Assembly (NCBI GenBank): GCA_043820455.1
Contig: JBDRDU010000061.1
Coordinates: 1-37,617, forward strand
Length of the DNA stretch: 37,617 nt
From: a bacterium
GTDB taxonomy: Bacteria; Margulisbacteria; WOR-1; CAVSGV01
Direction: 5' to 3'
The position numbers and the translations under genes are program-made. Under the pieces are notes generated by a model, which worked only from the letters and a program-made list of their open reading frames with translations, had not been told where the DNA came from and made no database searches. Within the stretch, counting starts at the first letter, position 1. Each line of letters opens with the position of its first letter. Below, piece after piece: positions 26,676 through 34,556 of the stretch.

Positions 26676-27713
26676 TTACCTGTTCTTATATGCTTTGTTA
26701 TAGTAATTCTTATATTCGCCGCTGATTATTTTCCCCCACCAGTCCCTGGTATCCAGATACCACTTGATGGTACTTTTCAATCCTTCTTCAAATTTGTATT
26801 TTGGCTTCCAGCCAAGCTCCTTCATTATCTTGCCTGCATCCATCGCGTAACGCCTGTCATGCCCCGGCCTGTCCTTAACATGTTCGATCAGCGACCCTTT
26901 TCTGTGTAAGGAACTCAGGATAAGTTTTACAACATCGATATTTTTCCATTCATTATTGCCGCCAATATTGTAAACTTCGCCGATCTTGCCTTTTTCTAAG
27001 ATCAATTCGATCGCGCTGCAGTGGTCTTCCACATGCAGCCAATCCCTGACATTAAGCCCGTCCCCATATACCGGCAAAGGCTTATTCTGTAATGCTTTGA
27101 TTATCATCAAAGGAATAAGCTTTTCGGGAAATTGATAAGGCCCGTAATTATTGGAACATCTTGATATGATCGATGGAAAACCAAAAGTATGATGGTAAGC
27201 ATTAACCAAATGGTCGGCAGCCGCCTTGCTTGCGGAATATGGGCTGTTCGGAGAAAGAGGCGTATTTTCCTTGAATTTGCCTGTCTTGCCAAGCGAACCG
27301 TAAACTTCATCCGTGGATATTTGTATGAACTTTTTGCCTTTAAACCCCTTCTTTGACCAATAATTTCTGGAAACATCAAGAAGGACCTGCGTGCCCAGAA
27401 CATTCGTTCTTGTGAAGATCTCGGGCCCCAATATGCTTCTGTCAACATGGGATTCCGCGGCAAAATTGATGACCACCTCAATGTCAAGGTCCGAGATTAT
27501 TCTTTCGACGATCTTCGGGTCGTTTATGTCCCCTTTGACGAAACTGTAGTTCTTTTTGCCGGCAATACCGCTTAGGTTCTCAAGATTGCCCGCATATGTC
27601 AGTTTATCGAGATTGCATATGAAGTAATCTTTGCCTATCAGATACCTTATGAAATTGCTGCCGATAAACCCGCAGCCGCCGGTAACTAATATTCTTTTCA
27701 CTTTACGGCACAT
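26676..27713 (-). CDS. rfbB: dTDP-glucose 4,6-dehydratase
   Basis: ILVTGGCGFIGSNFIRY, FAAESHVDRS, STDEVYG, YSASKAAADHL and NNYGPYQFPEKLIP. The start is either ATG 27713 or GTG 27701; the latter gives MKRILVTGG and a GTGA overlap with the rfbA stop. Confidence 0.92.
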   Translation of the reverse strand: MCRKVKRILVTGGCGFIGSNFIRYLIGKDYFICNLDKLTYAGNLENLSGIAGKKNYSFVKGDINDPKIVERIISDLDIEVVINFAAESHVDRSILGPEIFTRTNVLGTQVLLDVSRNYWSKKGFKGKKFIQISTDEVYGSLGKTGKFKENTPLSPNSPYSASKAAADHLVNAYHHTFGFPSIISRCSNNYGPYQFPEKLIPLMIIKALQNKPLPVYGDGLNVRDWLHVEDHCSAIELILEKGKIGEVYNIGGNNEWKNIDVVKLILSSLHRKGSLIEHVKDRPGHDRRYAMDAGKIMKELGWKPKYKFEEGLKSTIKWYLDTRDWWGKIISGEYKNYYNKAYKNR

Positions 27714-28417
27714 CCTTCAATAAGCAGTGTCGCCAGCTCAAGCGTTTCAAATGTCCCTGCATCTGTCCACCAGCCCTGCATTATCTCATATGCTATTTCT
27801 CCGCGTTTAATGTATTCATTATTAACGTCGGTTATTTCAAGCTCGCCTCTGGCTGAGGGCTTAAGTTTTTTGACGATCTCAAAGACGCTGGGATCGTACA
27901 TATATATGCCCGTCACTATCAGTTTGCTTTTTGGCTGTTTGGGCTTCTCCTCAATGCCGATGATCTTGCCGCCGCTTACTTCCGCAACGCCGAATCTGCT
28001 CGGATCCTTCACTTCTTTAAGTATCAGCTTTGCCCCTGATGCCTGTTCATTGAACTTTGAAGCAAAATCGGACAGATCTTCCTCAAAAATATTATCCCCG
28101 AGTACGGCAAGTATCTTTTCGCCGCCTGCAAAATGTTCGGCAAGGCCCAGCGCCTGCGCGATGCCGCCTGCTTCATCCTGCACTTTATACGTGAACCTGC
28201 AGCCAAATGCTTTGCCGCTCCCGAGCAGGTTCACAACATCCCCCATATGTTCAACGCCCGTTATTATCAGTATCTCGTCGATCCCTGCCTGTTTGAGCTT
28301 GTTGAGGGGATGATAGATCATCGGTTTTCCTGCAACAGGCAAAAGGTGCTTGTTAGTGACCTTTGTCAAAGGATACAGCCTTGATCCGGTCCCGCCAGCC
28401 AGTATTACGCCTTTCAT
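27698..28417 (-). CDS. rfbA: Glucose-1-phosphate thymidylyltransferase, short form (SpsI-like)
   Basis: MKGVILAGGTGSRLYPLT...NKHLLPV, QDEAGGIAQAL, EEKPKQPKS and ELEITDV. The 239-aa length matches the short-form enzymes. Nucleotide specificity is inferred from its rfbB/rfbD neighbours. Confidence 0.8.
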   Translation of the reverse strand: MKGVILAGGTGSRLYPLTKVTNKHLLPVAGKPMIYHPLNKLKQAGIDEILIITGVEHMGDVVNLLGSGKAFGCRFTYKVQDEAGGIAQALGLAEHFAGGEKILAVLGDNIFEEDLSDFASKFNEQASGAKLILKEVKDPSRFGVAEVSGGKIIGIEEKPKQPKSKLIVTGIYMYDPSVFEIVKKLKPSARGELEITDVNNEYIKRGEIAYEIMQGWWTDAGTFETLELATLLIEGCAVK

Positions 28418-28453
28418 AGTTCCTCCTGTTTTCTGGGTATATTATACCATTTT

Positions 28454-29314
28454 TTAAGTCGTTTTTTTCTCTTCAAGGTAGGCTTCAAGCGCCTTGTCCC
28501 ATGTGCGCAGGTCGTCTAGTCCGATCTTCCTCAAATTGCTGTTGTCCAGGGCCGAAAAAGCAGGCCTTCTGGCTTTGGCTTTAAATTCCCCTGTCGCAGC
28601 CTTTTCCAGCTTTACTTTGGCGCCGGTCAGTTCAAATATTTTTCGGGCGAACTCATACCAGCTGCAGCTGCCCTTGTTGGCAATATGATAAAGCCCGTAA
28701 TGTTCCGTTCTTATTAACTGGTCGATCTTGCGGGCAAGGTCCAGAGTATATGTCGGGGACACTATCTGATCACCAACGACCCGTACGCTCGGCTCGCGCT
28801 TCGCAAGATTTAGCATCGATTCAACAAAATTACCCCCACCCTTCCCCAGGCAGCCAGCCGCTCCGTACAGACCGCAGGTTCTAACAAGGAAATATTTCTT
28901 GAGGATGGTCCTGACATATTCTTCCCCGGCAAGCTTCGAGAGGCCGTATACCGTTCCGGGATCCGGAAGATCTGTTTCAACATACGGGGTTCCTTTCTTG
29001 CCGTCAAAAACATAATCAGTGCTGATATGCACTAATGCCGCACCTGCATCCTTGCAGGCCAGACAGAGATTTTTTACGCCGAAAGCATTGACCGCAAAAG
29101 CTTTATCTTTATTCTCCTCACAATCATCCACCCTGTGATACGCTGACGTGTTGATCACCACATCGGGATTGTACTTATTGATGATCGTTGAAACATTGTT
29201 TTCGTTCGTAACATCGATGTCGGAGATCGTAAGAGGCGTCAATTCCGATCTATTTATCATCTTTTGAAGGTCCGTACCAAGCTGTCCATCCGCACCTATA
29301 AGAAGTATTTTCAT
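28454..29314 (-). CDS. rfbD: dTDP-4-dehydrorhamnose reductase
   Basis: ILLIGADGQLG, NTSAYHRVDDCE, STDYVFDG and YGLSKLAGE (YxxxK). 286 aa. Adjacent to rfbA and rfbB. Confidence 0.9.
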   Translation of the reverse strand: MKILLIGADGQLGTDLQKMINRSELTPLTISDIDVTNENNVSTIINKYNPDVVINTSAYHRVDDCEENKDKAFAVNAFGVKNLCLACKDAGAALVHISTDYVFDGKKGTPYVETDLPDPGTVYGLSKLAGEEYVRTILKKYFLVRTCGLYGAAGCLGKGGGNFVESMLNLAKREPSVRVVGDQIVSPTYTLDLARKIDQLIRTEHYGLYHIANKGSCSWYEFARKIFELTGAKVKLEKAATGEFKAKARRPAFSALDNSNLRKIGLDDLRTWDKALEAYLEEKKTT

Positions 29315-29315
29315 G
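28940..29315. repeat. Direct repeat copy A (5' 125 codons of intact rfbD)
   Basis: Aligns without gaps to 30980-31355 at a constant offset of 2040 nt. By hand count, 317 of 376 positions are identical. Confidence 0.9.
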
Positions 29316-29346
29316 CGTGTATTATAATTTATTTACTCTGTCATTT

Positions 29347-30870
29347 CTATTCATTCCGCAGATACAGGCTTGCCCGTATTCGGCAAGACCCGGGCTTATG
29401 ACGATTGATCGGGATTTTGGATACCAGGGTTTCTTCATATTTAATGAACTTTTCATCCAACACTATCCTGTATTTGCCGCCCATCTGCATTCTTATTTTT
29501 TCAATATATCCTTCCGGGAATGCGCGGTCATCCAGAATATGCGTTACAAGCCATATCCTCCGGCCCTTGATATCCGCAACATTTATCGAATCTTTATGCC
29601 CCTTGCTTAGACAATACAATTTAAGATGCCTGCCATCTTGAATATTAAAATAATAATTCAGCAGTCTATGCACTATAGACTGATTGCTCGTAACTATAAA
29701 ATCTCCTTTGCGATATTCCTTCTTTATCAGAGCGGCCACTTTTCTCCAGGGCTCTATCTGATTGGAATTGTGATACTCTCTCAATGAAAAATAGTTCGAT
29801 ATCGCCATGACCTGGAAGACGGCAATCATCATCAAAAGCGCATATCTCATGCCCCTACGTTCAACCCGGGAAAGCGAATACCCAAAAAGCAATAGGTATG
29901 CCGGCAAACAGGGGATAAGATATTTCGGCATTGTCGGGCGAAGAAAAAATGCCGCGAAAAGGACGGGGAAAAGAATGAGCGTCATAAGGAAAACGACCCG
30001 CCCGTCACTGATATATTTGAACGACCTGATAAAAAGACCCCCGAAAATGAACCCAATCGGCAGAACGATAAGAACGTTCCACGGCGCCACGGTCTCTCCA
30101 AGCGAAAGGACGAAAAAGAAAAGAAAAGGTTTAATGTATGATGGGAAAACCTGAAAGGCCATATCCGATGAGCCTGAAACGATAGCTGAAAAACTGCAAA
30201 TGACCATTCTGGCGTATATCGGGGCAACCAGCATTAAAGCCAGCAGCTGCATCCCTGTAATGATTGAAAATTGCCTGATATTCTTTTCCCTCAATAGAAA
30301 ATACAGCGCGGCCAGCCCTTCGGCCAGCAATACAAGTATCGCGTAAATATGCGTAAAAAGCAGGAGAAGAGTAAAAACAAAATATCCCGTCAAATTGAAT
30401 GGATCGATCTTTCCTGAATGAAGCCTCCAATAATACTTATAGGACATGATGGTGAACAATAACATTACGCCGTACATCCTTATCTCCTGTGAATGCATTA
30501 TAGCCAGCGGAGATATCGTCAGCAGGAAGGCGCTTATCAGCGCGGCGGGCTCATCGAACATTTCCCGGGCAAAAGAATAAAAAGCTATGACAGCAAAAAT
30601 GCCGACAATAACGGACAGAAGCCTTAAAGCGTATTCCCCCGGGCCGAACATTTTGATCCATGCAGAGAGGAGAAGAAAATACACCGGCATATGTGAATCG
30701 TTCACAAGACCCATGGATGAAGCAGTAACATTGTGTTCGAATATTTCCAGGGCAGCATATAGACTGTGAGACTCGTCTCCCCAGAGGCTTCTGAAAGTCG
30801 GGTCATAGAACCTGATTGCAGACGCAACAATTAAGATCAAAATGAACAACAAAAGATGTTCTTTTTTCAT
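29347..30870 (-). CDS. GT39/GT83-like (ArnT/PMT_2 type) GT-C membrane glycosyltransferase
   Basis: 507 aa with about 11-13 TM segments. The first loop has RFYDPTFRSLWGDESHSLY (the D-E motif typical of ArnT/PMT-type GT-C enzymes). The soluble C-terminal domain is about 140 aa. Confidence 0.75.
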   Translation of the reverse strand: MKKEHLLLFILILIVASAIRFYDPTFRSLWGDESHSLYAALEIFEHNVTASSMGLVNDSHMPVYFLLLSAWIKMFGPGEYALRLLSVIVGIFAVIAFYSFAREMFDEPAALISAFLLTISPLAIMHSQEIRMYGVMLLFTIMSYKYYWRLHSGKIDPFNLTGYFVFTLLLLFTHIYAILVLLAEGLAALYFLLREKNIRQFSIITGMQLLALMLVAPIYARMVICSFSAIVSGSSDMAFQVFPSYIKPFLFFFVLSLGETVAPWNVLIVLPIGFIFGGLFIRSFKYISDGRVVFLMTLILFPVLFAAFFLRPTMPKYLIPCLPAYLLLFGYSLSRVERRGMRYALLMMIAVFQVMAISNYFSLREYHNSNQIEPWRKVAALIKKEYRKGDFIVTSNQSIVHRLLNYYFNIQDGRHLKLYCLSKGHKDSINVADIKGRRIWLVTHILDDRAFPEGYIEKIRMQMGGKYRIVLDEKFIKYEETLVSKIPINRHKPGSCRIRASLYLRNE

Positions 30871-30973
30871 TTATTTCTCTTTCAAACGAACCACTTACGC
30901 ATCTCCCGGGGGCTTACAACAGCGCGTTTCATTATTACGCGTCTTTTGCTCAAAGCAAAGGGCAATTGCATGA

Positions 30974-31354
30974 TTATTTGAGGCCATATACCGTTTCGGG
31001 GTTCGGACGGTCTGTTTCAATATATGGCTTTCCTTTTTTGCCGTCAAAAACATAATCAGTGCTGATATGGACCAACGCCGCGCCGGCATCCTTGCAGGCA
31101 AGGCAGAGGTTTTTCACTCCTTCAGCATTGACCGCAAAAGCCTTATCTCTATTGTCCTCGCAATCATCCACCCTGTGATAAGCGGACGTATTGATTACAA
31201 CATCGGGCTTGTACTTATTGATTATCGTTGAAATACTGGATTTATTCGTAACGTCGATATCGGAGATTGTAAGGGGAGTTAACTCCGACCTGCTTATCGC
31301 CTTTTGAAGGTCCGTACCAAGCTGCCCGTCCGCACCTATCAGCAATATTCTCAT
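30974..31354 (-). pseudogene. Truncated second copy of rfbD (first 125 codons, then K-stop)
   Basis: The 126-aa ORF is identical to RfbD (28454-29314) at 110 of the first 125 residues by eye. Homology ends abruptly after ...TVYGL, so the YxxxK catalytic motif and the whole C-terminal half are missing. GAAGG lies 11 nt upstream of the ATG. Confidence 0.78.
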
Positions 31355-31355
31355 G
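30980..31355. repeat. Direct repeat copy B (truncated rfbD)
   Basis: Partner of 28940-29315 (see that feature). Confidence 0.9.
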
Positions 31356-31436
31356 TTTCAAAAACCTTCTTTTTTCATTCGTCCTTCGAACAACCATGCA
31401 ATTTTAAGCTCTACTGTAAGGAAAATCAACTGGGGA

Positions 31437-32840
31437 TTACAGGACATTCATCTTTTTTCCTTTGCAATCGTAATAAAATACTCGATCGTACTTTTGCTTT
31501 ATTGCCGGATGAAACGTCGGTCTATAAAAAACATTGTCAGCATTAATAGTGGAGATAAAGAAATCGTCACTTTTGAACAAAAGATATGTCATGCCTTTTA
31601 TCTCATCCTCTCTTATCGGCATATCCACAAAACACAATCTTTCTTTTACATGAATGATCTGCTTGAAACTTTTCATTTCCGCGAATATCTCCCTTCTAAT
31701 CTCTTTTTTATCCGTGAATATCTTCTGCATAGCGATCATTCCTAAAAAGTTTACGGAAAATATCAACAAAAACACAAAAACTCCAATGCGCCTAAATCTG
31801 CTGCCATCTAACAGGGTGCATATTACAAAGGAGAATATCGCGCATACTCCGACCGAAGCTACGTAAAGATATCTGGCAACTGGCTGAGTTGTAAAGAAAA
31901 CGAACGGAAAGAGTGTGATGATGAGCCAAAATGAAAAATAAATAATTAAGTCGAGCCTTTTCTTGGCAGCATAAAGGAACAATGCTAAGAATATAATCAC
32001 AGAGGATACTTTCAGGATGTTCATGCCAAGTATAATATTGCCTCCTAAAGACGCAGCTTTTCTATAACTCGTCACTAAAGGGATGAATACTGTCGAAATA
32101 TAATAAAGCCAATTATAAATGAAATGCCATCCGAGCTTATACTGCGTTTCCATCCCGGCCACAGGCAAATAATACTTTCTGGTCAGATAAAAGACGAGAT
32201 AAGCAAATGTGAGGAATATTGACATAAATAATCCCTTAAACAATTGCATATCGATCTTCTTATGATCGATCGTTACTTTGTAAACCAATAATAAAGGGAT
32301 GAATAATATTGAAGCTTCATGTGTCATTAAGGCAAATACGAACATTATCAATGACATGACGTATTTTTCCCTATTATACAGCATTATCGCCGACAGCAGG
32401 AAAATGACGACCAAGGGATAATAGATCGCGACGGTCCAGCCAATGACTTCCCAGCTGCCTAAAAATGTCAAAAACAGAAGCGCGGCAATCAATCCGAATC
32501 TTTTATCTTTCTTTATTCCTGAAAGGAAATAATATACTGATATGACAGCCCCGAGGTGAGCGAAGAAAAGCAGCAAATAACACAGCGAAATATCTATATA
32601 AAAAAGCTTGTAATATACACTTAAAAACAGATAATGTAATGGTCTGAAAAGATACTCTGCGGAAGAACGAATTATGCCAGACATCAATTCATTTAAACTA
32701 TCGAACCTTTGTGAGTAATACTGGATAAAATCATCGGCAAAAAGGTACGAACCGAAGATCCTTGAATATACCGCAATATTCACGATGGCAAGGATAATTA
32801 TCGAGACAATATCGATATTTAAGCGATGCTTTTCGGCCAT
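31437..32840 (-). CDS. Polytopic membrane protein, probable GT-C fold glycosyltransferase (PMT/TMTC-like)
   Basis: More than 10 TM segments. The first loop has YLFADDFIQYY...LFRPLHYLFL, resembling the DD...YRPL pattern of TMTC/DUF1736-type GT-C enzymes. The soluble C-terminal domain is about 100 aa. Start set at ATG 32840 (AAGGAAG 4-5 nt upstream) rather than 32891. Confidence 0.55.
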   Translation of the reverse strand: MAEKHRLNIDIVSIIILAIVNIAVYSRIFGSYLFADDFIQYYSQRFDSLNELMSGIIRSSAEYLFRPLHYLFLSVYYKLFYIDISLCYLLLFFAHLGAVISVYYFLSGIKKDKRFGLIAALLFLTFLGSWEVIGWTVAIYYPLVVIFLLSAIMLYNREKYVMSLIMFVFALMTHEASILFIPLLLVYKVTIDHKKIDMQLFKGLFMSIFLTFAYLVFYLTRKYYLPVAGMETQYKLGWHFIYNWLYYISTVFIPLVTSYRKAASLGGNIILGMNILKVSSVIIFLALFLYAAKKRLDLIIYFSFWLIITLFPFVFFTTQPVARYLYVASVGVCAIFSFVICTLLDGSRFRRIGVFVFLLIFSVNFLGMIAMQKIFTDKKEIRREIFAEMKSFKQIIHVKERLCFVDMPIREDEIKGMTYLLFKSDDFFISTINADNVFYRPTFHPAIKQKYDRVFYYDCKGKKMNVL

Positions 32841-33532
32841 AATCTTCCTTTTAACAGATAAAAATACCAATAAAGATACTTGGGCAGCCACTGTGCGAAC
32901 TTGAAATTTGATCGGCCTTTTTCTCTATCCCTCCAGACGACCGGGACCTCCGAGATACTAAATCCTTTCAAGTAAGCTTTTATGATTATCTCCATCCCGA
33001 TCTCAAAACCGCCGGTGCTTTCGACTTTTATCGAATCCAAAACTTTGCGGGAATAAAGCTTAAAGCTGTTGCTTATGTCGTGAGTAGGGATCCCTGTCAG
33101 CAAGTGAAGGCTTAACCCTGCCATTTTTGACAAAAACGATTTAAACTTCGGCCCTCCTATTTGATCGCCGCCTTTCATATAACGCGAACCGCAGACCACA
33201 TCATATCCCTCTTTCGCCTTCGCCATCATATCGTTGATATGCCCAGGATCCTCGGACATGTCCGACATGAAAACGACCGCGTAGCTCTCCTTTGTATCCT
33301 TAATGCCTGTTTTGATGGCGTTCAAAACTCCCCTGCCGTATTTGTTCCTCAAAAGCATGATTTGTGCATTTTCCATTCTTTTCAAACAAGGAAGTGTCGT
33401 ATCTTCATCAAAGTCATACACAAAATATACACAGTATTCTTCGCGAACCTTCTGCTTGATCTGGTCTATCAGCTCAATGACGGAATCGCCCTCATTGTAT
33501 ACAGGAATGATTATGGCAAGATCGTCGGCCAA
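32819..33532 (-). CDS. GT2 polyprenyl-monophosphate hexosyltransferase (DPM1/GtrB/ArnC-like)
   Basis: IIIPVYNEGDS, FVYDFDED, VVFMSDMSEDP (DxD-type) and VVCGSRYMKGG. It is short (237 aa) and ends in an amphipathic tail. TTG start at 33532 with a strong AGGAGG 7 nt upstream. It abuts the stop of the upstream SDR. Confidence 0.8.
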   Translation of the reverse strand: MADDLAIIIPVYNEGDSVIELIDQIKQKVREEYCVYFVYDFDEDTTLPCLKRMENAQIMLLRNKYGRGVLNAIKTGIKDTKESYAVVFMSDMSEDPGHINDMMAKAKEGYDVVCGSRYMKGGDQIGGPKFKSFLSKMAGLSLHLLTGIPTHDISNSFKLYSRKVLDSIKVESTGGFEIGMEIIIKAYLKGFSISEVPVVWRDREKGRSNFKFAQWLPKYLYWYFYLLKGRLWPKSIA

Positions 33533-34552
33533 TCAGATGCCTCCTATCCTGATCTGCTCTCTTATCCAGGGGACTATCTCATCCAGCGCATCGGAAAGCG
33601 GGATATTCGCCTCAAAACCAAGCAGTTTTTTGGCTTTGGATACGTCGGGCACTCGTTTTTGCACATCGTATGTGAACGGCTTGTCGCTGATATACTTGAA
33701 CGGTTTTTCTGGATTTATCTTTTTCCAGATGAGTTTAGCAAGCTGGAGAACCGTTGTAGATTCCTTTGTCGACAGATTAAAATCTTCGTTCAATGCCTTC
33801 CTGCTCTCGATGCAAAGCCGGATGCCTCTTGCCAGGTCCCCTCCGTAAGTATAATGCCTTATTTGATTTCCTTTCCCCAAAATGTGCAGGGGATATTGCC
33901 CTTTCAGGACTTTTTGAACCAAGTCTGGTACCACATGGCTCATTGCCAGCTTTATATTGCCGGAAAAAACTTTCTTGTCGCACAAAGCACGTTTCTCGCC
34001 GATGCCGATACAGTTGAAAGGCCTTATTATCGTATATGGCAGTTGATATTGTTCCCTTGCCCCCTTCGCAAAATACTCGCAGGCAAGCTTCTGAAATCCG
34101 TAAGTTGAGAGAGGTGGGGGGCATTTCAGTTGTTCTCCTTCAGGGGTCGGGAATGTTTTAGAGCTTTCGAAGACCATTGAAGAGGACATGACGTTGATCT
34201 TCTTCAGCTTTTTATGCTTAAAAGCCCATATTGAGGCATCAAAAGTGGACGCGAGAATCCTTTCGTTTTCCGCGATCAGATCATAAGCATATTCGTGAAA
34301 CAATGAAATGCCCCCTATTATCGCGGCTCCGGCAACCACCTGGTCACAGTCAGAAACCAACTCCTTCATTAAGCCGGCATTTTTGGCGTCGCCCTTAACG
34401 AATTCGTAATCCTTAATGTCTTGATAAGATTTCTTAATTGGTCCATATTTGCTCAGATTGTCAATCCCAACAACCTTATGGCCGGCATTAAGAAGTTCTT
34501 CTATCAGATATCCTGCTATGAATCCGGCAGAACCAGTGACCAAAATTTTCAT
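33533..34552 (-). CDS. NAD-dependent nucleotide-sugar epimerase/dehydratase (extended SDR)
   Basis: MKILVTGSAGFIAGYL Rossmann motif, SSSMVF and YGFQK (YxxxK). Start set at ATG 34552 (GGGAG 8 nt upstream), not 34591. Confidence 0.8.
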   Translation of the reverse strand: MKILVTGSAGFIAGYLIEELLNAGHKVVGIDNLSKYGPIKKSYQDIKDYEFVKGDAKNAGLMKELVSDCDQVVAGAAIIGGISLFHEYAYDLIAENERILASTFDASIWAFKHKKLKKINVMSSSMVFESSKTFPTPEGEQLKCPPPLSTYGFQKLACEYFAKGAREQYQLPYTIIRPFNCIGIGEKRALCDKKVFSGNIKLAMSHVVPDLVQKVLKGQYPLHILGKGNQIRHYTYGGDLARGIRLCIESRKALNEDFNLSTKESTTVLQLAKLIWKKINPEKPFKYISDKPFTYDVQKRVPDVSKAKKLLGFEANIPLSDALDEIVPWIREQIRIGGI

Positions 34553-34556
34553 TTTA

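Noticed and set aside
30923-30962. Two small hairpins (cgcgt-N9-acgcg and ctttgc-N5-gcaaag) in the novel sequence downstream of the truncated rfbD copy, considered as a terminator
   Set aside because: The stems are only 5 bp. The second loses a pair on the - strand RNA, where the G-U becomes A-C. No U-tract follows on the transcribed strand. They are not convincing as an intrinsic terminator.
30895-31101. 68-aa - strand ORF spanning the rfbD-fragment junction
   Set aside because: It is out of frame with the conserved rfbD reading frame, has no SD and has Arg/Pro/Ala-rich composition. It is most likely a chance ORF created by the junction.
33161-34108. 315-aa ORF on the + strand, the longest + strand ORF after leuA
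   Set aside because: It lies antisense to two well-supported - strand genes and runs straight across their junction at 33532/33533. The translation has no recognisable motif and is rich in Arg, Leu, Ser, Phe and Ile, as expected for a shadow ORF. No SD precedes it.
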